A stretch of DNA of 64,000 nucleotides from Selaginella moellendorffii (GCF_000143415.4 NW_003314277.1:62001-126000); one strand, 5' to 3'; shown: positions 12,310-23,414, numbered from the stretch's first letter. The notes: generated from the sequence alone by a model not told the origin. Program-made: numbers and translations.

Positions 12310-13865
12310 TCAAACGGCTCGCAGAAGTGGTTCTTGCAAGAACTGCAAAGAAATGAAAATGGCTTCCTACAAAGATGACAACAGTGAGAATCGATAGCAC
12401 TGGCTAAAGAACAGTCTACCTCGGTGCGTATAGTTCTTGATCCTTGCAGAGGACAAGTGTTTAGGTACCTCGTGAATAGCTCTCTCACGTCTTTCACCTG
12501 ATTCAAGCAAGTAAACACTCAAGTCCCACAAGTTTGATAGCGAAGCAGTACCGTGGATGATCCGTCAAGCTCCAGGCTCTCCTCTAGACCAGCTGGACCT
12601 CCGAACACGATAAGCGCGTGCCTGTGTAAGCCATGAATAACACAAGCAAGAGAAACTGCACGTAAACCTCACCTAAAACTAGGAACGCGAAGATCGCTAG
12701 TCAGGACTTTCTCTCCGTGCTCTGACGTACCAATTGTGTAGTCGTAGCCTTCCTTGAAAAGTGAAAAACACTTGAGATAATAGATAAGAGAAACCGGTTT
12801 GGCACCTCGAAAGACGAATCGGAGAAAGCTTTAGTCAGGCGATCCACGACACGAACTGTATAGCCCCAGTACAGACCAGCACTCTCTCTCGGTGTGCTGG
12901 AAGGGACGACGGACAATTTCTTTCCTGAAATAAAGATCAAAGGGAAACACAGCGATTAAACAAGTGATTGTGAACTTTTTAGCGACACCTCGCTTCAGAT
13001 TTTTGTCAGTAGATCCCATAGCGACAGTAATCCTGGTGCCTGCCTTTACAGTCTCCTGAATCAAAACATCCTGCACACAAACATGACAATTACTCATACT
13101 CCCAAGTTCATCGATAAACAAGGAAAAAGCTTACCTGGCCAAGCCCAACATCAGCATAACATCCATTGCCACGACTCTTCTCGAAGCTTTTGTCCAAAGC
13201 AACTCCTACACCTCTCAAGACTTAAAACGCGAAAGGATGAGCAACGCTACCTTCTCGGAATGGCAACATGCTTGCTTTCGGAGATGATGAGGTGAATCCA
13301 GCGGAGGCAATTGTCCCTGAAGAAGCAAAGGCATGCATCAGAAACAAAGCTCGAAAGAGTTCTAGCTTGGTTACAAAACCGCATATCGGAGGCTCTTGTG
13401 CATTGGAACGAGCGCTCGCCGCAAGTACTGAGGAACCTCCAAGTAGCGAAGAACTCGAGCAAGAAACTCGCCACCACTCGCCTCACCCGTCTCTCTTCCC
13501 CATCCGGTCCTCTGGAACGAGCTCGCGGAGCTCTCTCCATCGTCGAAGACAACGATCTACAAGAAAATCTATCGCATGCTCTCGAGAAAGAAAGAAAGAA
13601 AGAATACCTCATCGATTCGAAATATCGTGGCAGCCCTCGCGATTTGCCCCGCGAGCTAGAAAGAACCAAAGGAAAGATCACTGCCATAGAGCCCCGAGCC
13701 AGCGCTTACCCGTGTGGCGAGCTCTAGCGACTGTGCATTGTTGATGATCGATCCAGACACGGCCAAGCTCACAGTGTACTTGCGACCAGAGGAGCCGGAA
13801 TCCAGCGCTTGCGAGGAATCGGCATCGCGCTGCTCCTCTCGATCGCCATGCTTCCTCTTCCCCAT
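12310..13865 (-). CDS. SPOUT1: SPOUT-domain methyltransferase (C9orf114/SPOUT1-like), multi-exon
   Basis: YTVSLAVSGSIINNAQSLELATRLAGQIARAATIFRIDE, LRYLEVPQYLRRAL, GLYWGYTVR, IGTSEHG, LIVFGG, YLNTCPLQGSRTIRTEEAIFISL. Confidence 0.9.
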
Positions 13866-13897
13866 CGCGAGCTATAAACCCTAAAGTAAACCCGTGA

Positions 13898-15541
13898 ATG
13901 TTGTGGGGCATTTTGCGGCATAAAGATCTCGGGCACAAGCATCGCCGCAGCTACTCCCGGATCGCCAGGAACAGGAAATTCGACCGATTGATCGCGGGCA
14001 CGTCTCTGGCAGCGCGATCGGCCGACACGAATCTGCAAACCCTAAAAGAGGAACTGGACCAGGTGCTAGAGGGGAAGATCCGCGGGAATCCAACGCTCTA
14101 CGGCGACCTTTTGCGAAGAATCCGCGCCGCCAAGGCATTGCCAGAGGGCATCCGGCTCCACAACCACGTCGCCCAGACCCAATTCAATGGCGACATCTAC
14201 GTGTGGAATCTCCTCGTCCAAATGTATGGCTCTTGCGGATGCCTCGAGAGGGCATGCTCGGTGTTCCAAGAGATCTCTTCGCCAAATAGCTTCTCGTGGA
14301 ACATCATGGTCGCAGCATATGCCCAGAACGGGCATTTCCACGGGGCATATTCTACGTTCAAGAAAACGCCCGAGAAGGACATCGTCACCTGGTCGACGAT
14401 GATCGCGGCGTGCGTCCAGAACGGCCAAGGGCGAAGAGCCCTAACTCTCTTCCGGGAGATGGACATCGAGGGGACAACTCCGACCAAAGTGGCGTTCCTC
14501 AGCGTGCTCGAGGCCTGCGCTGCTACTGGGTCTGTGAAGGAAGGCCGGCAAATCCACGCCGAGGTCCAATCCTCGCTAGAGCTCTCCCGGGATGCAAAGA
14601 TCCAGACCGCCATCGTCAACTTCTACGGCAAATGCGGGCTGCTGGTGGAGGCGCGATCGATGCTCGATGCCGCAGAAGATCGCTGCATCGTCTCCACCAA
14701 CGCGATGATCTCGGCGTACGTCAAGCACGGCCAGATGGATCGAGCCCGGGAGCTGTTCGACTCGCTGGAATCCCCAAACGTGTCGACGTGGAACTCCATG
14801 ATTAAGGGGTATGCCCAGCTCGGGCATATCGCCACCGCCGTCGATTTCCTCAAGCGCATGGACTTGGACGGCATCCAGCCCAACACCATGACGCTGCTCA
14901 CGCTCTTCGACGCCTGCGCGACCATCCCGGCCCCCGCCGAGGGCAAGCTCGTCCACGCCAGCGTCGATCGGGGCGTCGACCGCGACGGCCCCATCGCCAC
15001 CGCGCTCGTCTACATGTACGGGCGCTCCGGCGGCCTGGACGCCGCGAGGGCCATCTTCGACCGTCTGCCGGACAGGGACGTGGCGCCGTGGACGGCCATG
15101 ATCGCGTCGTACGCGCACAACGGCCATGGCGCCGCGGCGCTGGAGCTGTTCCAGCGCATGGCGCTCGACGGCTCGCCGCCCAACGCCGTCACCTTCAACA
15201 CCATCCTCTGCGCGTGCAGCCACTCGGGCGCGCTCTTCGACGCGCGCGGCTACTTTCTGGAGATGCAGGGCAGCTTTGGGATCAGGCCGGACGCGGGGCA
15301 TTTCGGGAGCATGATGGATCTGCTGGGCCGCGCGGGCAAGCTGGGCGACGCCGAGGAGCTCGCCTACGCCGCGCCTGGGGAGCCGGGCTCCATGGCGTGC
15401 ACCGCGCTCATGGCCGCGTGCTCCACCCACGGCGACGCCCAGGCCGCCGGGAGGCTCTTCGCGTGGACGAGCTCCGAGGCCGAGCCCCACGCCTCGTCGC
15501 CCTACGTCCTCCTCCACAACATCTTCTCTATCGAGCCCTAG
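13898..15541 (+). CDS. PLS-class pentatricopeptide repeat protein with E domain, intronless
   Basis: Repeated LVQMYGSCG, WNxMxxAYAQNG and HFGSMMDLLGRAG motifs; ends SPYVLLHNIF (E-motif); no DYW. Confidence 0.92.
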   Translation: MLWGILRHKDLGHKHRRSYSRIARNRKFDRLIAGTSLAARSADTNLQTLKEELDQVLEGKIRGNPTLYGDLLRRIRAAKALPEGIRLHNHVAQTQFNGDIYVWNLLVQMYGSCGCLERACSVFQEISSPNSFSWNIMVAAYAQNGHFHGAYSTFKKTPEKDIVTWSTMIAACVQNGQGRRALTLFREMDIEGTTPTKVAFLSVLEACAATGSVKEGRQIHAEVQSSLELSRDAKIQTAIVNFYGKCGLLVEARSMLDAAEDRCIVSTNAMISAYVKHGQMDRARELFDSLESPNVSTWNSMIKGYAQLGHIATAVDFLKRMDLDGIQPNTMTLLTLFDACATIPAPAEGKLVHASVDRGVDRDGPIATALVYMYGRSGGLDAARAIFDRLPDRDVAPWTAMIASYAHNGHGAAALELFQRMALDGSPPNAVTFNTILCACSHSGALFDARGYFLEMQGSFGIRPDAGHFGSMMDLLGRAGKLGDAEELAYAAPGEPGSMACTALMAACSTHGDAQAAGRLFAWTSSEAEPHASSPYVLLHNIFSIEP

Positions 15542-15542
15542 T

Positions 15543-15763
15543 CCGTACGTTTCGTGGGCTTGTGACAGCAAATTCCGTACCAACCGCCGCATTCCGGAGG
15601 ATATTCTAAACGTCTCTGTACGGCAGATGGCTCCGTACTGTTAACTGTTGTACGAGGTGGAAGATTCGCAGTGATTTCCGTACCAACTGCCGCAACCTAA
15701 AAGGATATTCTAGGAGTTACGGACAACGAAGATTCTATGCACGGAAGAAAGATTCGCGGGTAC
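15543..15763. promoter_or_regulatory. Cluster of seven GTAC cores (five CCGTAC), candidate SBP/SPL binding sites
   Basis: GTAC at 15545, 15577, 15618, 15635, 15650, 15680 and 15760. The motif TTCCGTACCAACYGCCGCA occurs twice. The function is inferred. Confidence 0.5.
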
Positions 15764-15807
15764 TTGGGATAGAACTTCCCAGCCCTAGAAACAGGGCTAG
15801 GGCAGCC

Positions 15808-16965
15808 ATGAACGGCAAGGTCTATGGCGTGCGCAAGGTGTTTGGCGCCTCCACCATGGACGAGGAGTTCGAGGTGAGTTTCGTGGAGCACATGTGGAGC
15901 ACGCACGGCCGCGCGGAGGTGGCGAGCAGCGCCGCGTTCAAGAGTTACAGCGGCAGCAAGAACCCGGTGGCCATCGCCAGGACGTCGTGGCCGGGCTTCT
16001 CCGCCTTCCTCGAGCACCTCCAGGACGTGGGCAAGTGCCGGCTGCGCAAGGACGAGGGGCAGCGCTACGCCATCACGATGCTCGACCCCGGCTGCTCGCC
16101 CGGCGGCGGCAAGCGGAAGGCCGAGGACGAGAAGGACGAGCGCGTGCTGGGCGAGCAGATCCAGCGCGCCGCCAAGACCCTGCGCAAGCACCTCCACTCC
16201 AAGAACACCGCCAAGCCCGGGGAGCTCCAGAGAAGCGAGAAGGTGTCCTTCACCCTCCCCCGCCTCGCGGCCGCCTCCTCGAGCAGCAGCAGCAGCGCCG
16301 CCGCTGCCGCGGCGTCTGGTTCCATCGCCACCGCCGCCGCTGCTACCTCCACCGCCATCTCCGCTGCCGCCACCGAGACGAGCAAGAAGCAACTGAGCCC
16401 CCCGGCGCCGCTGTTCCAGGCCATCGCGGAGCCGCCGGCCAAGCCACCCGAAGCTCCAGCTCCGCCGCTAGCGCTCATGAGTCGATCCAAGATGGAAGCC
16501 ATCACCCGGCAGCTCGAGGCCGAGAAGCTGAAGGAGCTCTTCAACCTGCCGAGGAGTCCCAAGTGGGTGGACGCCGGGCTCATCGTGAGGATCACCCGCC
16601 ACCCCCCGCGGCACCTGGAGCGATTCGCCAAGCAGGAGGCGGTGGTGGAGGACGTGAACAAGGACGGTCTCACGGCGCGGATCCGGCTCCTCCGCGACCG
16701 CCACGGGCAGAGGCTGACGATCGAGCAGGACCTCCTCCGGACTGTGGTTCCCGGCATCGGCGAGCTCGTCCGGGTCGTCAATGGTGGCTTCAAAGGCTCC
16801 GACGGTACCATTGTGGACAAAAGCTCGCGGGACAAGACCGCCAAGGTATCCTTCTCCAGCGGTGAGTTCAAGGGTAGAGAAATCGCTGGAATCTCATATC
16901 GTGATATGTGCCTTAGAGATCTGGAAGAGATCGTCACCCCTTGGAGGCTACGACACCACAGGTAA
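15808..16965 (+). CDS. KIN17-like protein (winged-helix plus tandem KOW domains) lacking the N-terminal zinc finger
   Basis: EEFEVSFVEHM...TSWPGFSAFLEHLQDVGKC...YAITMLD resembles the KIN17 winged helix. WVDAGLIVRI...EQDLLRTVVPGIGELVRVVNGGFKGS...FKGREIAGISYRDMC resembles the KIN17 KOW C-terminus. Confidence 0.8.
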   Translation: MNGKVYGVRKVFGASTMDEEFEVSFVEHMWSTHGRAEVASSAAFKSYSGSKNPVAIARTSWPGFSAFLEHLQDVGKCRLRKDEGQRYAITMLDPGCSPGGGKRKAEDEKDERVLGEQIQRAAKTLRKHLHSKNTAKPGELQRSEKVSFTLPRLAAASSSSSSSAAAAAASGSIATAAAATSTAISAAATETSKKQLSPPAPLFQAIAEPPAKPPEAPAPPLALMSRSKMEAITRQLEAEKLKELFNLPRSPKWVDAGLIVRITRHPPRHLERFAKQEAVVEDVNKDGLTARIRLLRDRHGQRLTIEQDLLRTVVPGIGELVRVVNGGFKGSDGTIVDKSSRDKTAKVSFSSGEFKGREIAGISYRDMCLRDLEEIVTPWRLRHHR

Positions 16966-17089
16966 GCTCCCCGGGCCATTCTTTGCGCGGCTGCTATGGC
17001 TATGGTGGGATCCCAGCGAGCTCTGTTGTGAGGCTTGCCACCACCTGGATCATGTTTCCTTTTCAATGAATCCCAAGCCAGGAGTTACT

Positions 17090-17178
17090 GTTCCGGTTCT
17101 TCCTAGATCTCGGAGATAGACTTGATCTTCCGGTTCTTCCTAGATCTTTGGAGATAGACTGGTTCTTTGGATAGATTG
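17090..17178. repeat. Short imperfect tandem repeat (TTCCGGTTCTTCCTAGATCT..GGAGATAGACTTG)
   Basis: Two near-identical units of about 37 bp plus a partial third. Confidence 0.7.
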
Positions 17179-17810
17179 TCTGGAACTTGAGTCTACTCTT
17201 GCAGCTTTTGCTTCTTTTTCTTCTTCTTCTTCTTCTTTGTTGTTGTGGCTTGGATGTCCATGGCTTGGTTTTGGAGGACTTTGTTCTTGGTGAAGGCGTT
17301 CGTTCTACTTTCTTCTTCGTCTTTGGCGGCTTCGTTCTCGCCTGGGCCGGCTTCCAGCTGATCGGACTCTCGCTTGCCATTCTCGATTTGCTTTCGCAGT
17401 CTCTTCGACACTGGCGATGCGATGGAAAGAGCTGCTTGAGTGTGAGGAATGAATTTCGCTCCTAGGCCCAGTCTGTGAAGAAAGAAGGAAATCCATCCTC
17501 AACTGTCGATCGATCGCAGAGGAGATTTACCGCAATGGCCGTGCCTCCGGCTCGGGTATGGAAGCGTCGTCATCCTTCTCGGCGTCAAAATCGTCTCCTC
17601 CGCTCATCTTTTGGAGCCATCCCTTGGCCTTGCAAGAAAGAAACCAGAACGCATTGATCGATCGAGCATCCCTCGTATCCAAGCTTACCAGCTCAAATGC
17701 CGCTGGTTTCACGATCACTTCCTTGCCGCCGCCGCGGCTCTCACCGACTATCCCCGGCGCCGCCGTCTCCCCCATGGCGCTTCCAAGAACCCTAAAATCC
17801 CCGGCCTTGA

Positions 17811-19505
17811 ATGCTCGAGCAAATACCCTGCCGGCTCAATCATCTCAGGACTCTAGCCGCGCCCCCTCTCCGGATCTCGGATTGCGCAGCCTTGATCCAG
17901 CACTACGCGCGCACGAAATCGCTGCTCGAGGGCAAATGCTTCCACGAGGAACTCAAGAAATCCTTCGATCGCATCGATCCCTTCCTCTCCAATTTCCTCA
18001 TCCTCATGTATGGCAACTGCGGCAGCGTCGCGGACGCGCGGTCGACATTCGAAAGTATCGAGCAGCGCAATGTCTTCTCCTGGAACATGCTCGTCACGGC
18101 ATATGCCCGGAACGGGCATCTGTCCACCGCGGAGATCATCCTCGAGAAATTCCCGGAGCACTGCTCGATCGCCATGAACACCACGATCACGGCGCATGCG
18201 AATTCCGGATCGCTCGATCGAGCCAAGAAACTGTTCCAGAAGATGCCAGTGGCGGATGTCGTCGCCTGGACAGCGCTCATCGCCGGACATACCATCGCTG
18301 GGCATCACGCGCAGTCGATCCAGCTCTTCCGGGCGATGTGCCTCGGCGGCGTCATGCCCGATCGCGTGGCGCTCATCAGCATTCTCGAGGCCTGCGATTG
18401 CCTCCGCGACGCGAGATCGATCCACTCTATCATCCTGGAAGCTGGGCTGATCGGAGATCCCCAGATTTGCAGCGCTCTCCTCACGGCCTATGGCAGGAAC
18501 CGGCGGCTGGAGCTCGCGACATCCATCTTCCACGCGATGAAGCGCAGAGAATTGGTATCCTGGAACGCGATGATCTCGGCAGCTGCCAAGAATGGAGATC
18601 TTACTCTCGCAAGAGATCTCTTCTCGAGAATGCCCGAACGTGATGTGATCTCCTGGACAGCGCTCTTCGCCGAGGTCGCGCAAACCGGGGAGCTCGATCA
18701 AGCAAAGCATCTGTTTGATCGAATCCCGGAGCGCAACGACATCGCCTGGAACGCGATGATCGCAGCGTATGCCCAGAACGGGCATGGAGAGGAGGCGCTG
18801 GAGATCTTCCGGACGATGGATCTCGAGGGCGTCTTCCCAAACAGGGCGACATTCGTGAGCACTCTCGACGCGTGCACCATCTCCAAATCCTCTGCCAAGA
18901 TGGGACGCTTCCTTCTCGCGGAGCTGCGCTGCCTTGGATACCATGGCGGCGACATCCGCCTGGACACCGCGCGGATCAATCTCCTCGGCAAGATCGGGAG
19001 CTTGGCCGCCGCGGTGGAGATCTTCGCGGGAGTGATCGACAAGAACGATATCTGCTGGAACTCGATGATCGCGGCGTATGCCACGAACGGGCATATCGAG
19101 GAGGCTATGGCGTCTCTCTCCGCCATGACTCTCGACGGCTTCCACCCCAACGAGATCACCTTCCGGATCGTTCTTGGGGCGCTCAGCCACGCCGGGCTGA
19201 TGGATCCGAGCTGGGATCTCTTCGTCTCCTCCGCCAGGGATTACTCGATCCGCCCGGCGATGGAGCACTATGTTTGCATCGTGGATCTCCTGGCCCGCGT
19301 TGGAAGGCTGAGCGAGGCGCGAGATCTCATCGCGAGAATGCCATTTCATCCGGATCCAGTGGCCTGGACGGCGCTGCTCGGGGCTTGCAAGCTCCAGGAG
19401 GAGCGGGATCTGGGCGAGTTTGCCGCGGCGATGCTCGTGCAGCTGAACTCTGAGAACGATTCGCCCTACGTCGTCCTCTCGCATCTCTACTCGAAAGATG
19501 GATGA
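17811..19505 (+). CDS. PLS-class PPR protein with E domain, intronless
   Basis: LILMYGNCGS, SWNAMI repeats, HYVCIVDLLARVG, MPFHPDPVAWTALLGACK, SPYVVLSHLY. Confidence 0.92.
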   Translation: MLEQIPCRLNHLRTLAAPPLRISDCAALIQHYARTKSLLEGKCFHEELKKSFDRIDPFLSNFLILMYGNCGSVADARSTFESIEQRNVFSWNMLVTAYARNGHLSTAEIILEKFPEHCSIAMNTTITAHANSGSLDRAKKLFQKMPVADVVAWTALIAGHTIAGHHAQSIQLFRAMCLGGVMPDRVALISILEACDCLRDARSIHSIILEAGLIGDPQICSALLTAYGRNRRLELATSIFHAMKRRELVSWNAMISAAAKNGDLTLARDLFSRMPERDVISWTALFAEVAQTGELDQAKHLFDRIPERNDIAWNAMIAAYAQNGHGEEALEIFRTMDLEGVFPNRATFVSTLDACTISKSSAKMGRFLLAELRCLGYHGGDIRLDTARINLLGKIGSLAAAVEIFAGVIDKNDICWNSMIAAYATNGHIEEAMASLSAMTLDGFHPNEITFRIVLGALSHAGLMDPSWDLFVSSARDYSIRPAMEHYVCIVDLLARVGRLSEARDLIARMPFHPDPVAWTALLGACKLQEERDLGEFAAAMLVQLNSENDSPYVVLSHLYSKDG

Positions 19506-21286
19506 TCGAATCTTTCGCGGGAACTTGGGAGAACCCTAAATTTTGGGCGATGCGATGGCGCCATTTACAAATCCGGGGCTTCTACACCGCCGAGTACATT
19601 GGCAAGAAGAAGAAGCTCGAGACCAAGTCACTGGCTGCCGGATGCCTGGATTTCCTCGCTCAGTCGCTCACCAAGATCCAGCCCTCGCGGATTTCCGCCA
19701 GCAAGGAGCAGCGATCATGGCAGGACGCTTGCGCGGACAGCCCCGACGATCAATTTGCCGAGGACGACGAGGAACCCAGGCCGGCGATCCCCGTGATTGT
19801 GAAAGAATGCTGGGATCCACAGCTCCGGGCGTCCGTGGATCAGATCCTCCACCTCAAGATGCGCGCCCATCCCTCGAGCTACTTCCACGCGATCCGGGAT
19901 TGCACGAGCAAGAAAGCCCTGCTCGAGGGGACGATGCTCCACGCCCATCTGTGCAAGGGAGGATTCAAGCCCAACACTGTTCTAGGGAATCTCTTGATCC
20001 AGATGTACGGCGTGTGTGGCCGTGTCGACGACGCCAGGGCAGTGTACGACACCCTCGAGTTTCGCAACGTCTTCTCCTCCAACATTATGATCGCGGCATA
20101 TGCCCATAATGGGCATTTGCAGGACGCCGTGGATGTATTCCAGTCTTCGCGGGCTACCAATGTGGTGACGTGGAACACCATCGTCGCGGCATATGCCCAG
20201 AATGGCGGGCTTGAGGAGGCCGCGGCATTGTTTGAGAGGACGCCGGATCGTAACGTGGTGTCATGGAATAACATGATATCCGCATATGCCCACTCTGGGC
20301 ATCGTGGCGATGCCATTTTTCTTTTCCGGAAGATGGACCTCGAGGGCGTGGCGCCAAACCGGGTGACGTTTCTACATGCCCTAGATTCCTGTTCCAGTGT
20401 GAGCGAGGGTCTCTGCGTCCACGGAGAGATGCTCCAGTCGAGCGTAGAATTCGACGTAGCCGTAGGTACTGGGCTGGTGATAATGTACGGCAGATGTGGG
20501 TACGCCGGAGCTGCCAGATTCGTCTTCGACCGGCTCGGATCCTCCGACGTGGTGATGTGGACGGCCATGATCGTCGCGTACGCGCAGGCCGGTGACACGT
20601 TGGACGCCAGGTCGGTGTTTGACCGGATGCCAGCGCGGAGCTCCGTGACGTGGAATGCCATGGTGGCGGCCTATGCCTTTAATGCCAACGCCACGTCGGC
20701 GCTCGCGGTCTTCAAGCTCATGGACCTCGAGGGCGTCCCGGCCACGAAGATCAGCTTTATCTGCGCGCTCGACGCCTGTTCCAGCGGCTCTTTGCTCGCG
20801 GCGGGGAAGACGATCCACGCCAATGCGATCGACAGCGATCTGGGCGACGATCTGCCGGTGGCGAATGCGATCATCAATATGTACGCGAGATGCCGCGACC
20901 TGGAGCGAGCCAAGCAGAAGTTTTCCTCCATGCCCAAGAAGAATCTGGTGTCTTGGAGCGCGATGGTTTCGGCGTATGCGCACTGCGGGCATTCGCGGGA
21001 AGGATTCGAGACGTTCCAGGCGATGCAGCTGGAAGGATTGAGGGCGACGGAGGTGACGCTGTGTAGCGTTCTTGCGGCAGCGAGCAGTGCCAGCAAGTTC
21101 CTAGATGGGGTGACGTATTTCCTGACAGTTCCTGAGGACTATGGCTTCCAGCGGATCATGGATCACTACGTTTCCGTGGCGGACATGCTCGCCAGATCCG
21201 GCGTGCTCGATCACGGGCTCGCCAGCGCCAAGAACGACGTGGATTGTTTGCTTGCGGAGCACAGGCCGCTCGAGATACCATCGTGA
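19502..21286 (+). CDS. PLS-class PPR protein with a degenerate C-terminus; true start may be the downstream Met near 19550
   Basis: LIQMYGVCG, TWNTIVAAYAQNG, SWSAMVSAYAHCG, HYVSVADMLARSG; the typical E-motif is missing. Confidence 0.88.
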   Translation: MIESFAGTWENPKFWAMRWRHLQIRGFYTAEYIGKKKKLETKSLAAGCLDFLAQSLTKIQPSRISASKEQRSWQDACADSPDDQFAEDDEEPRPAIPVIVKECWDPQLRASVDQILHLKMRAHPSSYFHAIRDCTSKKALLEGTMLHAHLCKGGFKPNTVLGNLLIQMYGVCGRVDDARAVYDTLEFRNVFSSNIMIAAYAHNGHLQDAVDVFQSSRATNVVTWNTIVAAYAQNGGLEEAAALFERTPDRNVVSWNNMISAYAHSGHRGDAIFLFRKMDLEGVAPNRVTFLHALDSCSSVSEGLCVHGEMLQSSVEFDVAVGTGLVIMYGRCGYAGAARFVFDRLGSSDVVMWTAMIVAYAQAGDTLDARSVFDRMPARSSVTWNAMVAAYAFNANATSALAVFKLMDLEGVPATKISFICALDACSSGSLLAAGKTIHANAIDSDLGDDLPVANAIINMYARCRDLERAKQKFSSMPKKNLVSWSAMVSAYAHCGHSREGFETFQAMQLEGLRATEVTLCSVLAAASSASKFLDGVTYFLTVPEDYGFQRIMDHYVSVADMLARSGVLDHGLASAKNDVDCLLAEHRPLEIPS

Positions 21287-22849
21287 AGCTCGCTGATGCT
21301 GTTTCTCAAGGATAGATCTCAAGTATCTAAGTTATCTAGTTTGGTGAGGCCTGGCACGCCCAAGGAGGACTCTTTGGCAAGCCTGGATATGTTGTCCATC
21401 AAAGATAAGAACATCGGAAACCTCTCGTCGGGAACCCCGCAAGCCATGGCAGCCTCAGTGAGAGTGGTGATCGGGCGTGGGACAAGCTCCGGTGATGGTC
21501 ATCCGCGAGAAGAGCTGCTGGATGTATCAAGAAGGGACATCGATATCAAGAATGCCAGGGAACGTTGTAGCATTTGCCCCGCACGGGCATTTCTTCAGGG
21601 CTCTTGCTTTGCCTCGCCACCTATTGTTTTGATGGGATGGCGAACACGATGGCACTCTTGGCCACTGGCCACTGGTCGTGATTTGGTACATGCAATGGGG
21701 GCCTACGAGTGTCAAGGGCAGAGTGGGTGGGCATCTAACAAATTGCCTGGCTTGGGTATTTTGTGTGCCGTCACGATCGAGCGAGAGAAACGGTGTATAG
21801 CAAACAAGGTATGGCGCTTGTGAAGATATGGCGGCAGCTGCTGGCTATGGAAAAGGACGATCATCCTCCTACATGCTCCTTGCAACAAGCAGAGCTTGCA
21901 AGCCCAGCAAGCTCAAGAGTGGCGAGGAGCATTTCCCAGACGATGAACTCAACCGCTTTTGTCTGGCGGCACTGCAACAGGGCACAAGTAAGCTCGCTTT
22001 TAACTTTTTTCTGGTTTTTGCTTCCGAACTGACTGGCTGTTTGCTTTTCTTTTTAAGTTTGCTAGACCCGACCCCCCGGACTCGAGGACTGACTTGGCTG
22101 TGGTCGGCTAAGCGGAGATCATCCGCCAGAGGACGATGGGTAAGTCGAGTCTCTGGTTGTTCTTGAAGTGATTTTGGATTGGTTTTTGTAGTGGAGTGGA
22201 GCAATTGCTTGACTGCTGAAGAAGATGACCAAACTTATGGTAAGCTGTTCTTCCGTTCCTTAACGGGCTGGCCCTCACGGTTAAGTTAATCGGACCATCT
22301 GTGGCCGTGGATCGAGAAATGTTGCAGTACTTCCAGTCGCTGAGGATTCTTGTGATCCCTTCAACGTCCTCCTGCCTTCTTCTCTGTGATCTCCACTGTT
22401 CGCTGCCTCTCTTCCAGCGAGTCAACCAGGACGACTTGCAGCTCCTTCGCAATTTCATGATAGACGTGGAGTTACAAGAATCTTGCCTGATCAACAGCGT
22501 CTGGTGCAGCAAGAAGATCCAACTACACCAGTGCTTATGAGGCGAAATCTTCTTGATGCTGAAGAAGATGACGGTAAGCTATTTGTGCTCCTTTTGTGGC
22601 TTTTAGTGCTCCAGCGAGGAACACCTACGCACTGCAACTGTCGCTGGGGATTCTCGGTAATGTAAGCATGCTTTGCGTTTCTCTCTTTTTGCCAGCTTCC
22701 ATGTTCCAGTTTCAAGCAAGAGAAGCAGTATATGGCCCTTGGTGATCACTTGGACTCACAACTCTACCTCGAAGGCTTTAAGCTCTACCTCTCTACTGCA
22801 GCATCCATCAGTGATTATCCAAGGATTACAGGTCTTTTGCTCGTGGATC

Positions 22850-23200
22850 TCAAGCTGTGAGATGCAGGTTTTGTATTCCATTTTGAAGTAAGACACATGC
22901 TAGCGGCATCTGGCCTTCATCCAACAAACAAGTCCTTGACCCGCTGGATGCTTATCTTGTGTTACGTTTTCCTGTCTCCACGCTTAACACTTGCTTGTAA
23001 AGGTTGCGTTGCCGGTGGTGGTCGTTCTGTTCTTTCCATCACGGGCTGCATGGAAGCTCCTCTACAAGGTGGCGACAATCCATGCAACGAGTAAGAGGGT
23101 GTAAGTAGCTTGCCGGGAAGAGGTGACTGGGAGATCATCGTTCCTGAGCGAGGAAAGCGAGGAGAGCTGGCTAGCTTGGAAGAAGATAGGCTCGCCTTGG
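22850..23200 (+). pseudogene. Fragment of an unidentified local repeat/gene family (homologues at about 25310-25720 and 26330-26480)
   Basis: GRSVLSITGCMEAPLQGGDNPCNE matches CRSVLYITGCLQAPLQGDSPCNEQE at 25487-25720. The copies carry stops and frameshifts. Confidence 0.55.
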
Positions 23201-23414
23201 TGATCACCGAATTTTTTGCCAAGGCTCCTATGATCAAAGGTCATCCGTTCAAGATTTCACAACAAGAACAATCTTTGTATTAGCTATACATACTACTGGT
23301 GAGTTTGCAGTTTCCTCTCGCTGGGTGATATCATCCAAAATTACCACTGCGGATGCCCTCTGGAGCTCACCACCTCTCGTGCTTCATCACTGCGTGAGAA
23401 CAATGCGCCTTTGA

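Noticed and set aside
13268-13744. Plus-strand ORFs as a nested gene
   Set aside because: They are antisense to clearly recognisable SPOUT1 exons.
17063-17502. Lys-rich small ORFs on the minus strand
   Set aside because: They are driven by a (CTT)n tract and a tandem repeat; there is no supporting homology.
14576-19484. Long antisense and alternate-frame ORFs (14576-15592, 15894-16865, 16065-17066, 17558-18643, 17853-19484)
   Set aside because: These are shadows of GC-rich intronless genes, with low-complexity translations and no recognisable domains.
19502-19505. ATGA stop/start overlap between two PPR ORFs, suggesting operon-like translational coupling
   Set aside because: This is a eukaryotic locus. 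A telobox-like AACCCTAAA at about 19532 and a downstream Met (MRWRHLQ) make an independent later start more likely.
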